Source: Alphaproteobacteria bacterium
Lineage (GTDB): Bacteria; Pseudomonadota; Alphaproteobacteria; UBA828
Assembly (NCBI GenBank): GCA_965220745.1
Contig: CBDCQT010000010.1
Coordinates: 224,001-288,000, forward strand
Length of the DNA stretch: 64,000 nucleotides
Direction of reading: 5' to 3'
Below, piece after piece: positions 31,268 through 42,261 of the stretch (the first letter of the stretch is position 1; each line of letters opens with the position of its first letter). A model generated the notes under the pieces. The model saw nothing but the letters and a program-made list of their open reading frames with translations, ran no database searches and was not told where the DNA came from. Both the position numbers and the translations under genes were made by a program.

Positions 31268-32316
31268 GGTGGGGTCAGCGCTGCGCGCCCGGTGTGGAAG
31301 GTGATACCCACCCGCTGTCCCACGCCGACGTTTGGTCGATCCCTGGGTGAGGAAACCGAAAGTATTGTGAGACCGCTCACGGCAACGGAAATCTCGACGC
31401 TGGCTCCCAGATCCCGGATGAACTCGACGACGCCCTCGAAATCGCCGTCGTCAAGGGTGGCGCTCAGCGCCACGTCTTCGGGCCGGATGGAGAGAACCCC
31501 TTCGGCACCGACGGCGATGTTGTGCGCCCGCGCGTCAGGAACGGCGACGGTGCGGCCGAATATCTCGACCGCATCCGCGCCCACCCGACGGCACGTAACG
31601 AGATTGCTCGTGCCGATGAAGTCTGCGACGAAGGAGTCTGCGGGGTTGCGGTAGATGTCGATCGGCGGCGCGGCTTGAAGAATGCGACCCCGGTCCATCA
31701 CCACGACCAGATCGGCCATTGTCATGGCCTCGCGCTGGTCGTGGGTCACGACAATGGTCGTGATGCCAAGCTTCTGCTGGAGCAGGCGCAGCTCGATCTG
31801 CATGTGCTCCCGGAGCTTGGTATCGAGCGCGGACAATGGCTCGTCCAGCAGGAAGAGCGTGGGCTCGATGGCGAGCGCGCGCGCGATCGCGACGCGCTGT
31901 CGTTGACCGCCTGACAGCTGATGAACGCGCCGGTCCTGCACGTCGGGAAGCTTTACGAGATCGAGCAGCTCATCCACGCGCGCGCTGCAGGTCGCGCGTG
32001 TTTCTCCCCGAATTCTCAGCGGATAGGCGATATTTTCGGCGACCGTGAGATGAGGAAAGAGAGCGAGGGACTGAAACACCATTCCGAAGCCACGTCTGTG
32101 GGCAGGGATGCCGGACTGGTCGACCCCGTCGAGCAGCACCTGGCCGGCGGTCGGAATCTCGAGGCCCGCGACGAGGCGCAATAGAGTCGTTTTGCCGCAG
32201 CCGGAAGGGCCGAGAAGACAGACGAATTGGCCGTCCGGAATTTCGAGGGTGACGTCGTCAACGGCGGTCACGCCGCCGAACGTTTTGGACAGGCCCTGGG
32301 TGCGGAGAGACGTCAC
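31264..32316 (-). CDS. ABC ATPase (PotA-like)
   Basis: GPSGCGKT, LSGGQRQR, LLDEP, THDQREA. Confidence 0.92.
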   Translation of the reverse strand: MTSLRTQGLSKTFGGVTAVDDVTLEIPDGQFVCLLGPSGCGKTTLLRLVAGLEIPTAGQVLLDGVDQSGIPAHRRGFGMVFQSLALFPHLTVAENIAYPLRIRGETRATCSARVDELLDLVKLPDVQDRRVHQLSGGQRQRVAIARALAIEPTLFLLDEPLSALDTKLREHMQIELRLLQQKLGITTIVVTHDQREAMTMADLVVVMDRGRILQAAPPIDIYRNPADSFVADFIGTSNLVTCRRVGADAVEIFGRTVAVPDARAHNIAVGAEGVLSIRPEDVALSATLDDGDFEGVVEFIRDLGASVEISVAVSGLTILSVSSPRDRPNVGVGQRVGITFHTGRAALTPP

Positions 32317-32380
32317 CGCCTACATCTAGCACGTAGACGGGATGCCGCAGGAGCCTCCCGTCCTCGAAACAGCGCGAGCG

Positions 32381-33472
32381 CTAGCCGACGATCAGTTCAG
32401 ACCACTTCTGGTTCAGCCAATCGCCGCGAGCTTCGTAGATGTCGTAGCGGGGCAGGATCGGAGGAATGTCGCTCGAGACTGCGGCGAACTCTTCATCGGT
32501 GAGATCCGTGAGTTCTCGCCTGATGGTCGGTGCCGTTCCCACGTAGCGCGACAGCTTCGATTGAATGGACGGCTGGCACATGTAGTCGATGAACACATGC
32601 GCCTCGTCCAGCCTCTCCGATGCCTTCGATACGCTCCAGGAGCCCGAGTCCAGCACCCCGCCTTCAACCGGGAAGGTCGATCGAACCGGCTGACCGTCGG
32701 CAGCCGCAAGACCCGTTACGTCATGGTAGTACTGCCCCATCGGAATTTCGCCGGTCTCCAGCGCCTGCTGGAATTGACCTTCGTCGCGGTACCACAGACG
32801 GACGTTGGGCTTCACTTCCGCAAGCTTGTCCATGACCTGAAGAATCCCCTCCTCAGTGTCGAGAATCCCTGTGCCGCCGAACCAGGTCGCCGCAGTCACT
32901 TCCAGCAGGTACGAGTTGGTCACGAGCGCGAGGAGCGCGATGCTGTCCTCGTTGGCTGGGTCCCAGAGCGCCTTCCAGCTTGTCGGCGCCTCGGGGTACG
33001 TGTCGGTATTGGTCACAAGCGTGATGTACCAGGAAACCGCGCCAATCCCGCTGATCGATCCGTCATCGTAGCGATGGACGAAGTGATCAGGCAGGTTCGT
33101 CGTGTTGGGAAGCCTTGCCTCGTCGAGCGGAGCCCAGAGCCGGCTGTTCTGTCCCTTCAGGCGCGGCACGTGCGCCATCATCGAGACATCTGCAGGTGCC
33201 TCACCTCCCCGGGCCGCGCTCTCAAGCTGCACGACCCAAGCCTCGCCCGTCGGCTGGCCGATCGATTCAATCTCGATGCCCGTCTCCGCGGTGAAATCCG
33301 GATAGATGTGCTGGTCGAACGAGTCCTGAAAATAGCCGCCGTAGGTGCCGACCTTCAGCGGCTCAGCCGAAGCCGCCCGTCGCACGAACGGGGTGGCAAC
33401 TGCCGTCGCACCGAGGGCGGCGGCGGAACTCGCCAGGAAAACCCTTCGCGTAAGCTTGTATCGTCCTTGCAT
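32381..33472 (-). CDS. Polyamine-type ABC substrate-binding protein, TAT signal
   Basis: TRRVFLA; TYGG, PTSWKALWDP, PVEGG. Confidence 0.87.
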   Translation of the reverse strand: MQGRYKLTRRVFLASSAAALGATAVATPFVRRAASAEPLKVGTYGGYFQDSFDQHIYPDFTAETGIEIESIGQPTGEAWVVQLESAARGGEAPADVSMMAHVPRLKGQNSRLWAPLDEARLPNTTNLPDHFVHRYDDGSISGIGAVSWYITLVTNTDTYPEAPTSWKALWDPANEDSIALLALVTNSYLLEVTAATWFGGTGILDTEEGILQVMDKLAEVKPNVRLWYRDEGQFQQALETGEIPMGQYYHDVTGLAAADGQPVRSTFPVEGGVLDSGSWSVSKASERLDEAHVFIDYMCQPSIQSKLSRYVGTAPTIRRELTDLTDEEFAAVSSDIPPILPRYDIYEARGDWLNQKWSELIVG

Positions 33473-33765
33473 CTCGCATCTCCTGATCAGAGAAGGTGGT
33501 GGAGGTCGTGGGCGCGGCCGTCGGCGCCCGGAAACGCTAAACGCGTAGTCGCCCGAAGAGGACTGCGTGCGGCAGAGCTTCTCGACCGCAAGCCAGTTGC
33601 GTGAACACGCCTGGCGGGCGCAGGTCGGCGGATCTCTGTCATCCGCCTCGTCGGCCCCCCTCCCTCGCGCCAGGGCGCATGAACGTCGACACCCACTCTA
33701 GGCCGCAAGGCATAACGATTGGATAGCGCTCACGGAAACCTTGGTTTGACGAACACGAATGTAAC

Positions 33766-34662
33766 TTACTTGCCGTATGCACTTCTGAGATCGCCGGCGA
33801 AGGTCTCCACGACCTGCGTCTGACGATACCCGGACCTCAGGATCATGTCGAACACGCAAACGTACAACACGGCATCCGACGCCAGACGGCGCAACACGCC
33901 GCTCTCTACCCATGACCCTGCATAGTGTTCGGGAAGAAAGCCGATGTAACGACCGCTCATCACCGAAATGAGCTGAGGTTCGATCTGGTAGACGACGGCG
34001 GCAACGTTATTGAATCCCAGCGACTTGCGGTGCTCGTCGCGCCAGTAAGCACGGCTGACGATTGGCTCGTTTCTCAGACTATCAATGTCGAGTTTCCGCT
34101 CCTCGACATCGAACAGGTGATGCCCCTGACCGCAATAGAGACCGTGAGTCTCTTCATAGAGAGGCGTGTAATCCAGTCCCTTGATCTTGTGGGGAAAACT
34201 TCCGATTCCGATATGCAGATCACCTTTAAGGACTTTTTCCTGAAGGTTCTGGGGAAATTCCTGACTCAAACACAGTGTCACCTCGTTCGGGCGGGCCGAA
34301 AAGCGACTGATGACCTCGTGAAGCCTGCAGTTGGGATCCGTCGCGATACAGTCGACGACTCCGACCTTGAGATCGCCGGCAAGTTGACCCTTCAGGCTGC
34401 CGACCTCCTCCGAAAAGTCGTCAAGCGCCTTCAGCAGCCGCTGGGTGGCAGCGAAGACCATCTCGCCTTTTTCCGTCAGCCGAAAGCCAGTGCGGCCCCG
34501 CTGGCACACGCTGACTCCCAAACGCTGCTCAAGCGCTGTGATGTGATTGGATATGGTCGGCTGACTGACGTTGAGCTCGGCCTGTGCCGCAGCGAACCCC
34601 CCGTGACGCACCACGGCGTCGAACACTCTCAGGACCCGAAGGTCCGTTCCTGCAAGCTGCAT
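33766..34662 (-). CDS. LysR-family transcriptional regulator
   Basis: DLRVLRVF...GGFAAAQAELNVSQPTIS..I..LE HTH. Confidence 0.92.
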   Translation of the reverse strand: MQLAGTDLRVLRVFDAVVRHGGFAAAQAELNVSQPTISNHITALEQRLGVSVCQRGRTGFRLTEKGEMVFAATQRLLKALDDFSEEVGSLKGQLAGDLKVGVVDCIATDPNCRLHEVISRFSARPNEVTLCLSQEFPQNLQEKVLKGDLHIGIGSFPHKIKGLDYTPLYEETHGLYCGQGHHLFDVEERKLDIDSLRNEPIVSRAYWRDEHRKSLGFNNVAAVVYQIEPQLISVMSGRYIGFLPEHYAGSWVESGVLRRLASDAVLYVCVFDMILRSGYRQTQVVETFAGDLRSAYGK

Positions 34663-34779
34663 GACCGCACCAAGTGCTACCGTCCTTCGTCCACTATGAT
34701 GATGAGATGGAATTCGGGTCAAGCAACGCGAGACCACCTGAGTCAGGCGGGAAGAGCGCCGAAGGAGGCGCGTGCCACC

Positions 34780-34924
34780 TGCCTCGCTACAGCGACAGCT
34801 ACACCGACAGGCGCCTGCACTCGGCTCTCGGATACCTGTGTCCCAACCGCTTTGAGGAGGAACAGTCCCGCACTCTGGTCAAGTCGGTCGCCTGAAACCG
34901 TCCGACCCCAAGGGGACTACTCCA
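34780..34924 (+). mobile_element. IS3-family 3' remnant
   Basis: RRLHSALGYLCPNRFE transposase C-terminus and end ...CCAAGGGGACTACTCCA. Confidence 0.7.
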
Positions 34925-35101
34925 CGGTTCCGATTGTTCTCGATATGGGATGCCAACTCGTTGACTCGGCACCAGCGATCTGCCAGTGTTTTTCTCGCTA
35001 TCAAAGGAGGTTAAGCCGTTGTTCCAACTCGCGCAGGACGGCGGCGGGGAGGAATCAAGCACGAAACCGCCGTTGAATTGCTAACCATGGGAGGCTTCAA
35101 A

Positions 35102-36334
35102 ATGGTGTATCGTGCGAAAATAAAATCCTTGACTTGCGCCGCAGTCCTGGTTTTGGCGGGCTCTCTCATGGGTTCCATCACACCCGGAGCCCATGCCAGC
35201 GATGAGCCCATCAAGGTGGGCGCACCCATTCCTATTACCGGTCCCTTCGCCAGTGACGGGTTCGTGATGGAGAAGGCGGAAAAGCTCGCCATTGCGGACA
35301 TAAACGCGCAAGGCGGGCTGCTCGGCCGACAGATCGAGATGATCGTGTACGACATCGGCGATCTCACGCCGGACAAGCTTCAAGCGGCGGCCCTCAATCT
35401 GGTCGAACAGGAGGAGGTCCACGTCTTGATCAACGGGTACGGCGGCATGGGGCCCGATATCCCGGCGTTCTGCCCGTACGATGTGCCGTATCTTCACGTT
35501 GACGGCCCGGAGTACGTGATCGATCTTGCTGAACAGATGGGATGCAAGAATATCTACATGTTCATCGATACGGCCGCGAATTACGGCGGGATCACGTTTC
35601 GCCAGCTGACGCAGATGGGCCACGAATTCTCAAGTAATAAACTGGCCATTATCCAGGGGCCGTTCGATTGGGAAATCGAAATGACGGGGGGCGCGATCGC
35701 GGCAGCCGAGGAGCTCGGCTGGGAGATCGTCCTGACAGAGCAGGTCGATTTCGGTATCAGCGAGTGGGGACCGATCCTCAGCAAACTCCACGAAGCTCAA
35801 CCTGCCCTGATCTACTCCGAGTTTTTGGATCCGGCGGGCGTGAACGCCCTCGTCGATCAGTTCAACACCAACCCGGTCAAGGGGGCACTCCTTTACGTCG
35901 GCTACACCGGTGCCGTCCCGGCCTTCAACGAGGTCGTCTCGCGGGGAATCGCCGACGGCGTACTGGGGATGACGCCTTCGGCCCACATGCCGGACGAAAA
36001 AGGCCGTGCGTTCGTGAAAAGATGGCGTGAGGCCTATGACGAAGACCCGGCAATCGGTATCGCAGCCGAGATCTACGACCAAGTCATGTTTTGGGCGACC
36101 GCTGTCGAAAAGGTTGGCTCGGTCGACGATTATGACGCGATCCACGAAGAAATTCGGACGATGACCTACGACGGCATCACGGGCAAGCTCACGATTAACG
36201 ACCGGCACCACGTAACCTCGACCGACGAAGCCGCGCCGGCCCAGATTCTTCAGGTCCAGAACAGCGAGCTCGTGACGCTCATGATCGGCTCCAACGTGAT
36301 TGCCGACTTCATGAAGCCCGATTGGCACAACTGA
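35102..36334 (+). CDS. Branched-chain amino acid-type (HAAT) ABC substrate-binding protein
   Basis: PIKVG..PITGPFA, INAQGGLLGRQI, YDGITG; RBS GGAGG. Confidence 0.88.
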   Translation: MVYRAKIKSLTCAAVLVLAGSLMGSITPGAHASDEPIKVGAPIPITGPFASDGFVMEKAEKLAIADINAQGGLLGRQIEMIVYDIGDLTPDKLQAAALNLVEQEEVHVLINGYGGMGPDIPAFCPYDVPYLHVDGPEYVIDLAEQMGCKNIYMFIDTAANYGGITFRQLTQMGHEFSSNKLAIIQGPFDWEIEMTGGAIAAAEELGWEIVLTEQVDFGISEWGPILSKLHEAQPALIYSEFLDPAGVNALVDQFNTNPVKGALLYVGYTGAVPAFNEVVSRGIADGVLGMTPSAHMPDEKGRAFVKRWREAYDEDPAIGIAAEIYDQVMFWATAVEKVGSVDDYDAIHEEIRTMTYDGITGKLTINDRHHVTSTDEAAPAQILQVQNSELVTLMIGSNVIADFMKPDWHN

Positions 36335-36558
36335 GGGAATCGCATAAAAAAAGCCGGTGATCGGGATCGAACCTCGAGGGGACCCTGAGCGGGGGGTCGA
36401 TTCGACAATCGGCGCAAACGGCGTGGGCTCGGCTTGATTGGTCCAGAAGACGTGTCCACGTCGGTTTGCTCGGCTCTCACCTCTAGGGAGCGCCGCCGCC
36501 ACGCGTTGGGAATACCAGCGTATCATCCACCCGTGCAGCCACGCAGAAACAGCTGAGG

Positions 36559-37317
36559 ATGTCCTCCGCTACGACGACCGGTCCGCTGCTGTCGGTGCAG
36601 GGCGTAACTCGATCATTCGGTGCGCTCGTCGCTCTCAACGACCTGTCGTTCGACATCGAGCGAGGCGAAATCTTTGGTGTCGCCGGACCCAATGGGGCCG
36701 GAAAATCGACGCTCCTGAACGTTTGCACCGGCACGCTCAAACCCAATTCGGGCAAAATCTTCTTTAACAACGAAAGAATCGACGGTTGGTCCCCGCATCG
36801 GCTGTGTCACAAAGCCTTGGCCCGTACCTTTCAAATCCCGCAAATCTTCAGCTCTTTCAGCGTGGATGAGAATGTCGCCGTCGGCACTCTCTTTGGATTG
36901 GGCAAGAAATCCATCGAGGGTCGGACGAAGAGAGAATTCCGCGACGAAATCCTCGCCGAATGCGGTCTCGATCCACGGCGCGACATGATGGCCAGCAAGG
37001 TCGATCTTCTGACCCGCAAGATGACGATGCTGGCGGCCTCGCTTGCGACGAAGCCGGAGCTGGTTTTCATGGATGAGCCTCTCGCCGGATTCACGACAGA
37101 CGAAATCGACCAGATGGTCGCACTGATCCTGCACCTGCGGGAGCGACTGGATATCACCTTCATGATTATCGAGCACAAGGTTCGGGCGCTGACCCATATG
37201 TCCGACCGAATCATGATCCTGGACCACGGTCAGCGCATCTGCCTGGATGCTCCGCTCAACGTCATGCGCGACCCGAAGGTGGTCGAAATCTATTTGGGGT
37301 CCGAGGCCGTTGCTTGA
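36559..37317 (+). CDS. HAAT ABC ATPase (LivG-like), degenerate signature
   Basis: GPNGAGKS, ARTFQ, MDEP.AG, IEH, VVEIYLG. Confidence 0.88.
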   Translation: MSSATTTGPLLSVQGVTRSFGALVALNDLSFDIERGEIFGVAGPNGAGKSTLLNVCTGTLKPNSGKIFFNNERIDGWSPHRLCHKALARTFQIPQIFSSFSVDENVAVGTLFGLGKKSIEGRTKREFRDEILAECGLDPRRDMMASKVDLLTRKMTMLAASLATKPELVFMDEPLAGFTTDEIDQMVALILHLRERLDITFMIIEHKVRALTHMSDRIMILDHGQRICLDAPLNVMRDPKVVEIYLGSEAVA

Positions 37318-38002
37318 GGTCGCGAATCTCAACGTCTTTTACGATGAATTCCACGTGCTGCACGACGTGTCGATACACGTGGCCGAGAACGAAGCGGTGG
37401 CTTTGATCGGAGCCAACGGCCACGGGAAGAGCACGTTGATGAAGGCGATCTGCGGCCTGACTCCCATCCGGTCGGGTGACGTGACGTTTCAGGGCAAGCG
37501 GCTCAATGGTTTGTCTGTGTCCGAGATCGTCAAGCAGGGCCTGGTCTATGTTGCGGAGGATCGCAGACTCTTTCCCGACATGACGGTCCGGGAGAATCTC
37601 GATCTCGGCGCCTACTTGCCCCACGCCCGCAAACGGAAAAGCGAAAACCTGAACCTGGTCTTCGAGCTCTACCCGCAATTGAAGGAGCGGCAAGGCCAGG
37701 TGGCGCGGACCCTGAGCGGGGGCGAGGCGCAAATGCTCGCGCTGGCCAGGGGCCTGATGTCGGCAGCCAAGTTTATGGCAATCGACGAGCCCTCCTTCGG
37801 CCTTGCTCCGAATCTCGTGCAGAACATGTTGCGCACGATTGCGCGGATCAACAAGGAAGGAATTACCGTACTTCTCGTCGAGGAAAACATTGCTCAACTC
37901 GAGACCTTCATCGACCGTGTGTATTTTCTGGAAGAGGGAAAGACCAGCTATGAAGGTCCGCTTCAGTCCCTCGAGCACCGGCGGACAGAGGACAGGGCTT
38001 GA
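37310..38002 (+). CDS. HAAT ABC ATPase (LivF-like)
   Basis: GANGHGKS, LSGGEAQM, IDEPSFGLAP, LLVEEN. Confidence 0.88.
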   Translation: MLEVANLNVFYDEFHVLHDVSIHVAENEAVALIGANGHGKSTLMKAICGLTPIRSGDVTFQGKRLNGLSVSEIVKQGLVYVAEDRRLFPDMTVRENLDLGAYLPHARKRKSENLNLVFELYPQLKERQGQVARTLSGGEAQMLALARGLMSAAKFMAIDEPSFGLAPNLVQNMLRTIARINKEGITVLLVEENIAQLETFIDRVYFLEEGKTSYEGPLQSLEHRRTEDRA

Positions 38003-38131
38003 CGTAGACGGCTGAGCAACCCGTGGTCGTGACCACGACAGGTATCGTCAGAACCGGGGGCGCCGGGGAGATCCCGTTTCAACTTTGGGCGGGTCCGGGG
38101 TTTCGGGTTCAAGGGAATGGATGGCTGGTGA

Positions 38132-39004
38132 ATGCATCAGATCATCGAAATCCTGATCAGCGGGATCATGCTGGGCGCCGTCTACGCGTTGTTGGCATTT
38201 GGCCTGTCCCTGGTCTACGGCGTCACCCGGATCCTCAATTTCGCCTATGGCGCGATTTATGCTGTGGGCGGATATCTCGCGTGGGTTCTGACGGTCGGGT
38301 ATCTGGAGCTGAGCTATGCGGTGACCTTTCTCATCCTGATCCCGACCCTCTTCGTGTTGGGCATGGCGCTCGAGCGGTTGGTGATCCGCCCTCTGCGCTG
38401 GAAGCCGGGCTGGAACATAACGACGATGATGGTGACGCTGGGCCTGGCGTTCTTTATCGACAACGCGAACTTGATAGGGTTTGGCCCCGAGAACAAGGTT
38501 CTTCCGCCTCTCGTGCCGGGCAAGCTCGAGGCTTTCGGGTTTGTCCTTTCGTACCACAAGATCGTCATCTTCCTGTTGGCGATCGTATTCGTGGTCGGGC
38601 TCGAACTATTCTTGCGCAAGACACGCTATGGGCGGGCCATGCGGGCCGTGGCCCAGGACATGCAGGGCGCCAACATGGTCGGGATCAACGTCAATCAGAT
38701 CTTCGGCTATGCCTTCGGACTATCGGCCGTTCTCGCAGGTCTCGCCGGGGTATTGCTCGCACCAATTCACCTGATTTCCCCGTTTGTGGGCTGGGTCCCG
38801 TTCCTGAAGGCCTTCGTGATCGTTGTGCTGGGGGGCCTCGGCAGCACGCGGGGCACACTCGTTGCCGCGTTCATACTGGGGATTATCGAGGCCTACACCA
38901 CGTTCTGGGTCGGAGCGAGCTGGACCATACCGCTGTGGCTCATCACCCTGCTCGTGATCCTGATATTTCGCCCCAGCGGACTGTTCGGCGGCTGGACGCG
39001 ATGA
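38132..39004 (+). CDS. HAAT permease (LivH-like)
   Basis: YALLAFGLSLVYG, NFAYG, GRAMRAV, VVLGGLGS. Confidence 0.9.
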   Translation: MHQIIEILISGIMLGAVYALLAFGLSLVYGVTRILNFAYGAIYAVGGYLAWVLTVGYLELSYAVTFLILIPTLFVLGMALERLVIRPLRWKPGWNITTMMVTLGLAFFIDNANLIGFGPENKVLPPLVPGKLEAFGFVLSYHKIVIFLLAIVFVVGLELFLRKTRYGRAMRAVAQDMQGANMVGINVNQIFGYAFGLSAVLAGLAGVLLAPIHLISPFVGWVPFLKAFVIVVLGGLGSTRGTLVAAFILGIIEAYTTFWVGASWTIPLWLITLLVILIFRPSGLFGGWTR

Positions 39005-39104
39005 CGATGAGGGAAACCCGCAGCCTTCGTCGAACGGCGCGCGTCCCGGCGGCCGAATTGTCGGGCACCGCAACAACGAGAACGGTAGGAAGCGAGCCGC
39101 CACC

Positions 39105-40079
39105 ATGAATCGCGTCTATTTCCTCATCGCCGTCGGCGTTCTTGCGGTTCTGGGAGCCGTGATCGGGGACAAGTATTTCATCCATATTTTGATCCTGTGC
39201 TTTATCTGGAGCATGGTTGTCGCGGGCTGGGATCTCGTGCTGGGCTACGCCGGGATCGTCAACTTTGCGCAGCTCGTGTTCTTCGCCGTAGGCGCGTACG
39301 GCTCGTCTATGGCCGCCATGAGTCTGGGCGCCCCGTCCATCACGCCGCTCCTGGTCGGGATGGGTTGCGCTGGTGTCGTCGGCCTGCTGATCGGCCTGCC
39401 GTGTCTGCGTCTTCGTGGCGAGTTCATCGCCCTCTTTACCTTTACCGTCCATCTCGCCCTGCCTCCGCTCATCCGCCAGGGGCGTCCGATCGGGACCGGC
39501 GGCGCCACCGGACTCTTGGGCGTACCGCCGCTCGAGATCGGCAACTTCGCTCTCGTCGCTCAGAACAAGCTTGCCTGGTTTTACGTCACCCTATGCGTGG
39601 CCGCTGTCGCCATCTACATAATCTATTTCATTATCGTGCCCGGACGATGGGGCAAAGCGTTCGTTGCCATGCGGGACTCGGAAGAATTCGCCAAGAGTCT
39701 CGGCGTTAACTACTACAGGTACAAGCTTGTCGTATTCACAGTCTCGGCAATGATTACCGGGTTGGCCGGAGCACTTTACGCTCATTACGTGATTGTCGTG
39801 ACGCCCAAGATTCTCGGAACCGAATTCTTTCTGATTGTTATGGTCATGCTCTCGGTGGGCGGTCTAGGCCGATTCCCCGGTGTGATTCTGGGCGCGTTTA
39901 TCGTCACAATTGGCAACGAATGGCTTCGCGAAGTCGGGCAGTATCGCCTTCTTCTTCTCGGTCTGGCCGTCGTCCTGATTATTTTGTTCATGCCCAAAGG
40001 CATCGTGGCGCTCCCCGATCAATTCCAACACTTCAAGTTGAAACGATCGTCTGCTTCCAGTCGCAAGAGCCAGGAATGA
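39105..40079 (+). CDS. HAAT permease (LivM-like)
   Basis: GYAGIVNF, LRLRGEF, AMRDSE, GLAGALYAH, MPKGI. Confidence 0.9.
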   Translation: MNRVYFLIAVGVLAVLGAVIGDKYFIHILILCFIWSMVVAGWDLVLGYAGIVNFAQLVFFAVGAYGSSMAAMSLGAPSITPLLVGMGCAGVVGLLIGLPCLRLRGEFIALFTFTVHLALPPLIRQGRPIGTGGATGLLGVPPLEIGNFALVAQNKLAWFYVTLCVAAVAIYIIYFIIVPGRWGKAFVAMRDSEEFAKSLGVNYYRYKLVVFTVSAMITGLAGALYAHYVIVVTPKILGTEFFLIVMVMLSVGGLGRFPGVILGAFIVTIGNEWLREVGQYRLLLLGLAVVLIILFMPKGIVALPDQFQHFKLKRSSASSRKSQE

Positions 40080-40117
40080 AGCGGCTCATTCGCGCAAAGA
40101 ACGAAAGGGAAAGGGAA

Positions 40118-40501
40118 ATGTCAAAAGCCACAGTATTCAAGAAATCGGATTTTCGCTACGAGGAAATGAGCGGGCTACCGGTGCACAACACCACGATTGC
40201 TCGCCTCATCACGCCCGAGTTGAGCGAAACCCTGGGAGGAGGGGTCGTCGTCTTCGAGAAGTGCTCTTACGAGTGGACGGTCACCTACGACGAAATCCTC
40301 TACCTCCTCGACGGGCAATTGCGCGTAATCGTCGCCGGAGAGAATTTCGATTGCGATACGGGCGATGCCATCTGGCTCCCGCGCGACACGCCGCTCATAT
40401 ACGAAACTGAGGAAAAGGCCGTCTGCTTTTACGCCATCTACCCGGGAGACGGGGTGCGCTGGGATCTCATCGGACTCCCGCCGCTGCCGCCAAAAGCCTG
40501 A
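40118..40501 (+). CDS. EutQ-like cupin
   Basis: LGGG...WTVTYDEILYLLDG...GDAIWLP...YAIYP. Confidence 0.75.
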   Translation: MSKATVFKKSDFRYEEMSGLPVHNTTIARLITPELSETLGGGVVVFEKCSYEWTVTYDEILYLLDGQLRVIVAGENFDCDTGDAIWLPRDTPLIYETEEKAVCFYAIYPGDGVRWDLIGLPPLPPKA

Positions 40502-40759
40502 CTGGCATGACGTGCGGGGCGCGGTTGTTCGCCGAGCCGGCGGCGCAGCCGTGCGCCGTCCCCTCTCGGTTTGCGGCAGGCGGGCCGGCTGTGCCATCGA
40601 AACTCTCGCGGCCCCGCTTCAACGGCGACGGTTGGTGACCGGCGTTCGCTCGGCGCCGTGCTGCGCTCCCTGACCGATCGAGATCTGGCCCCGGCGGGAC
40701 CAGGCGACGGTGAAGCCACCGGCCCGCGCGATGCAAGCCGTAATTCCCGGCCTATCGGG

Positions 40760-41125
40760 CTACGATTTGTTGATATGCAAGAAGAAGCACTTTCGAACGC
40801 GTTCGTGAACCTCCCAGAGAACCTTTTCACCCTGCGCAATGTAAAAGCTGTCTCCTGGCCCATAGGTTACCGCTCTGCCCGCGGAGTCTGTGACCGTGAC
40901 CTTCCCTTCGAGCAGCGTGCAGAGTTCGCTGAACGGGTAGACAAACTCCATCTTTCCAGGCGTACATTCCCAGACGCCGCTCATCAGCTGATCGTCCAGG
41001 GTGCCGAAGTCGAGCCGACATGCCTGCTTCGGATCGCCTTCGAGCACATTTGCATAGTCCGCATCGGCAAACGCCGGCCACGGTTCCAAGGTGCCTTGAT
41101 CCTTGCCTTGCAGAAAATCCAGCAT
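40760..41125 (-). CDS. DUF861-type cupin
   Basis: SGVWECTPG...ELCTLLEG.V...GPGDSF...WEV.ERVRK. Confidence 0.8.
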   Translation of the reverse strand: MLDFLQGKDQGTLEPWPAFADADYANVLEGDPKQACRLDFGTLDDQLMSGVWECTPGKMEFVYPFSELCTLLEGKVTVTDSAGRAVTYGPGDSFYIAQGEKVLWEVHERVRKCFFLHINKS

Positions 41126-41339
41126 CGTAGCCCTCCCTGGTCCGAGCTTGAGAACGCGCGGGAAAGGGCAATCGTCCTGCCCCGCCAGGCGACAAGTATG
41201 ATGCAACCGCGCCGTTCCGTCCACAGAGGCGGCCAATATCCACGCGTTTTCATCCGAACACGCCGAGCGTTCACCCGGCCACAATGAAGGGTCGGCCCGA
41301 CGGGCCAGGTCGTCGTCGCCGCCGAGCCCGCCGCCGTTC

Positions 41340-41729
41340 TTACTCTCTGGCGGCGGTCACTTCGACTTCTAACAGCAATCCCGGGAGCACGAGCGAGGGC
41401 ACGATGATGGCCTTGGATGCGGGCTTGGCCTCCCCCAATATCTCTCTCAGGAGGTCAACGTATTCTTCGTAATATTCGAGGCCGACCAGATAGGAATCCA
41501 TCTTGACAATATCGCCGTAACTCATCCCGGCGGATTTCAATACTTCAGATATGTTCTCCCACGCAGTTCGCGTTTGTGCCTCGAAACCCTTTACGACGTC
41601 GCCCGCAGGCGTAATGCCGACTTCGCCCGCCACCCACAGCAGCCGGGAGTTGGGAGACACTTCGGCTCCGTGACTGTAGATGTCGCCGACTGGCGGATGA
41701 ATAGTCTTCGGATTGTGGATTGTATTCAT
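41340..41729 (-). CDS. RidA/YjgF-family protein
   Basis: YSHG, VAGEVG, QTRTAWENI, PAS, LLEVEVTA. Confidence 0.85.
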   Translation of the reverse strand: MNTIHNPKTIHPPVGDIYSHGAEVSPNSRLLWVAGEVGITPAGDVVKGFEAQTRTAWENISEVLKSAGMSYGDIVKMDSYLVGLEYYEEYVDLLREILGEAKPASKAIIVPSLVLPGLLLEVEVTAARE

Positions 41730-42261
41730 AAGTCTGTGTCCTTCTCGGTTTAGCTATGAGCTGGTTTGCACTCGGTCCCGACTGCCGGGAGGCTTTGCGG
41801 AATGAGTTGGGTCCTCCCTTGCTTCGTCTCCTACAAGGAGCGGGCCGCCTCAACGGTTAGTATTGCGCGTCATTTTAGGCCGTTCCCGGTGATTGACGAG
41901 AGGTGACCGGCTCTTTGCGGGGCGGGACGGAAGGGCGCGGCGCCGCAGACATGGCCGCTTCAACCTGATGTTCCGGCGACGAACTTGCCCAATCGTTTGC
42001 GCTTTGTAATAGTGAATTCGGGCTTATCGATCCGTTCGAGAATCGAGCTTAGGGGAGACCACCGGCCGCCGGCATTCCGTGGAGAGGCCTGGAAGACGCG
42101 CTGCGATCCCGGGATCTTGAGAGCGAGCGTACCTGCTTGCCAAATGGCACGGCCCGGAAAGAGGCGAACACGTTCCTCGGCGCTTTCGCCGAGCCCGCGC
42201 GCGGCGCCCGTCGAAAAGCACTCCAGGGAGAAAACTGGATCGGGGAAGTGGGGGAGGGCCC

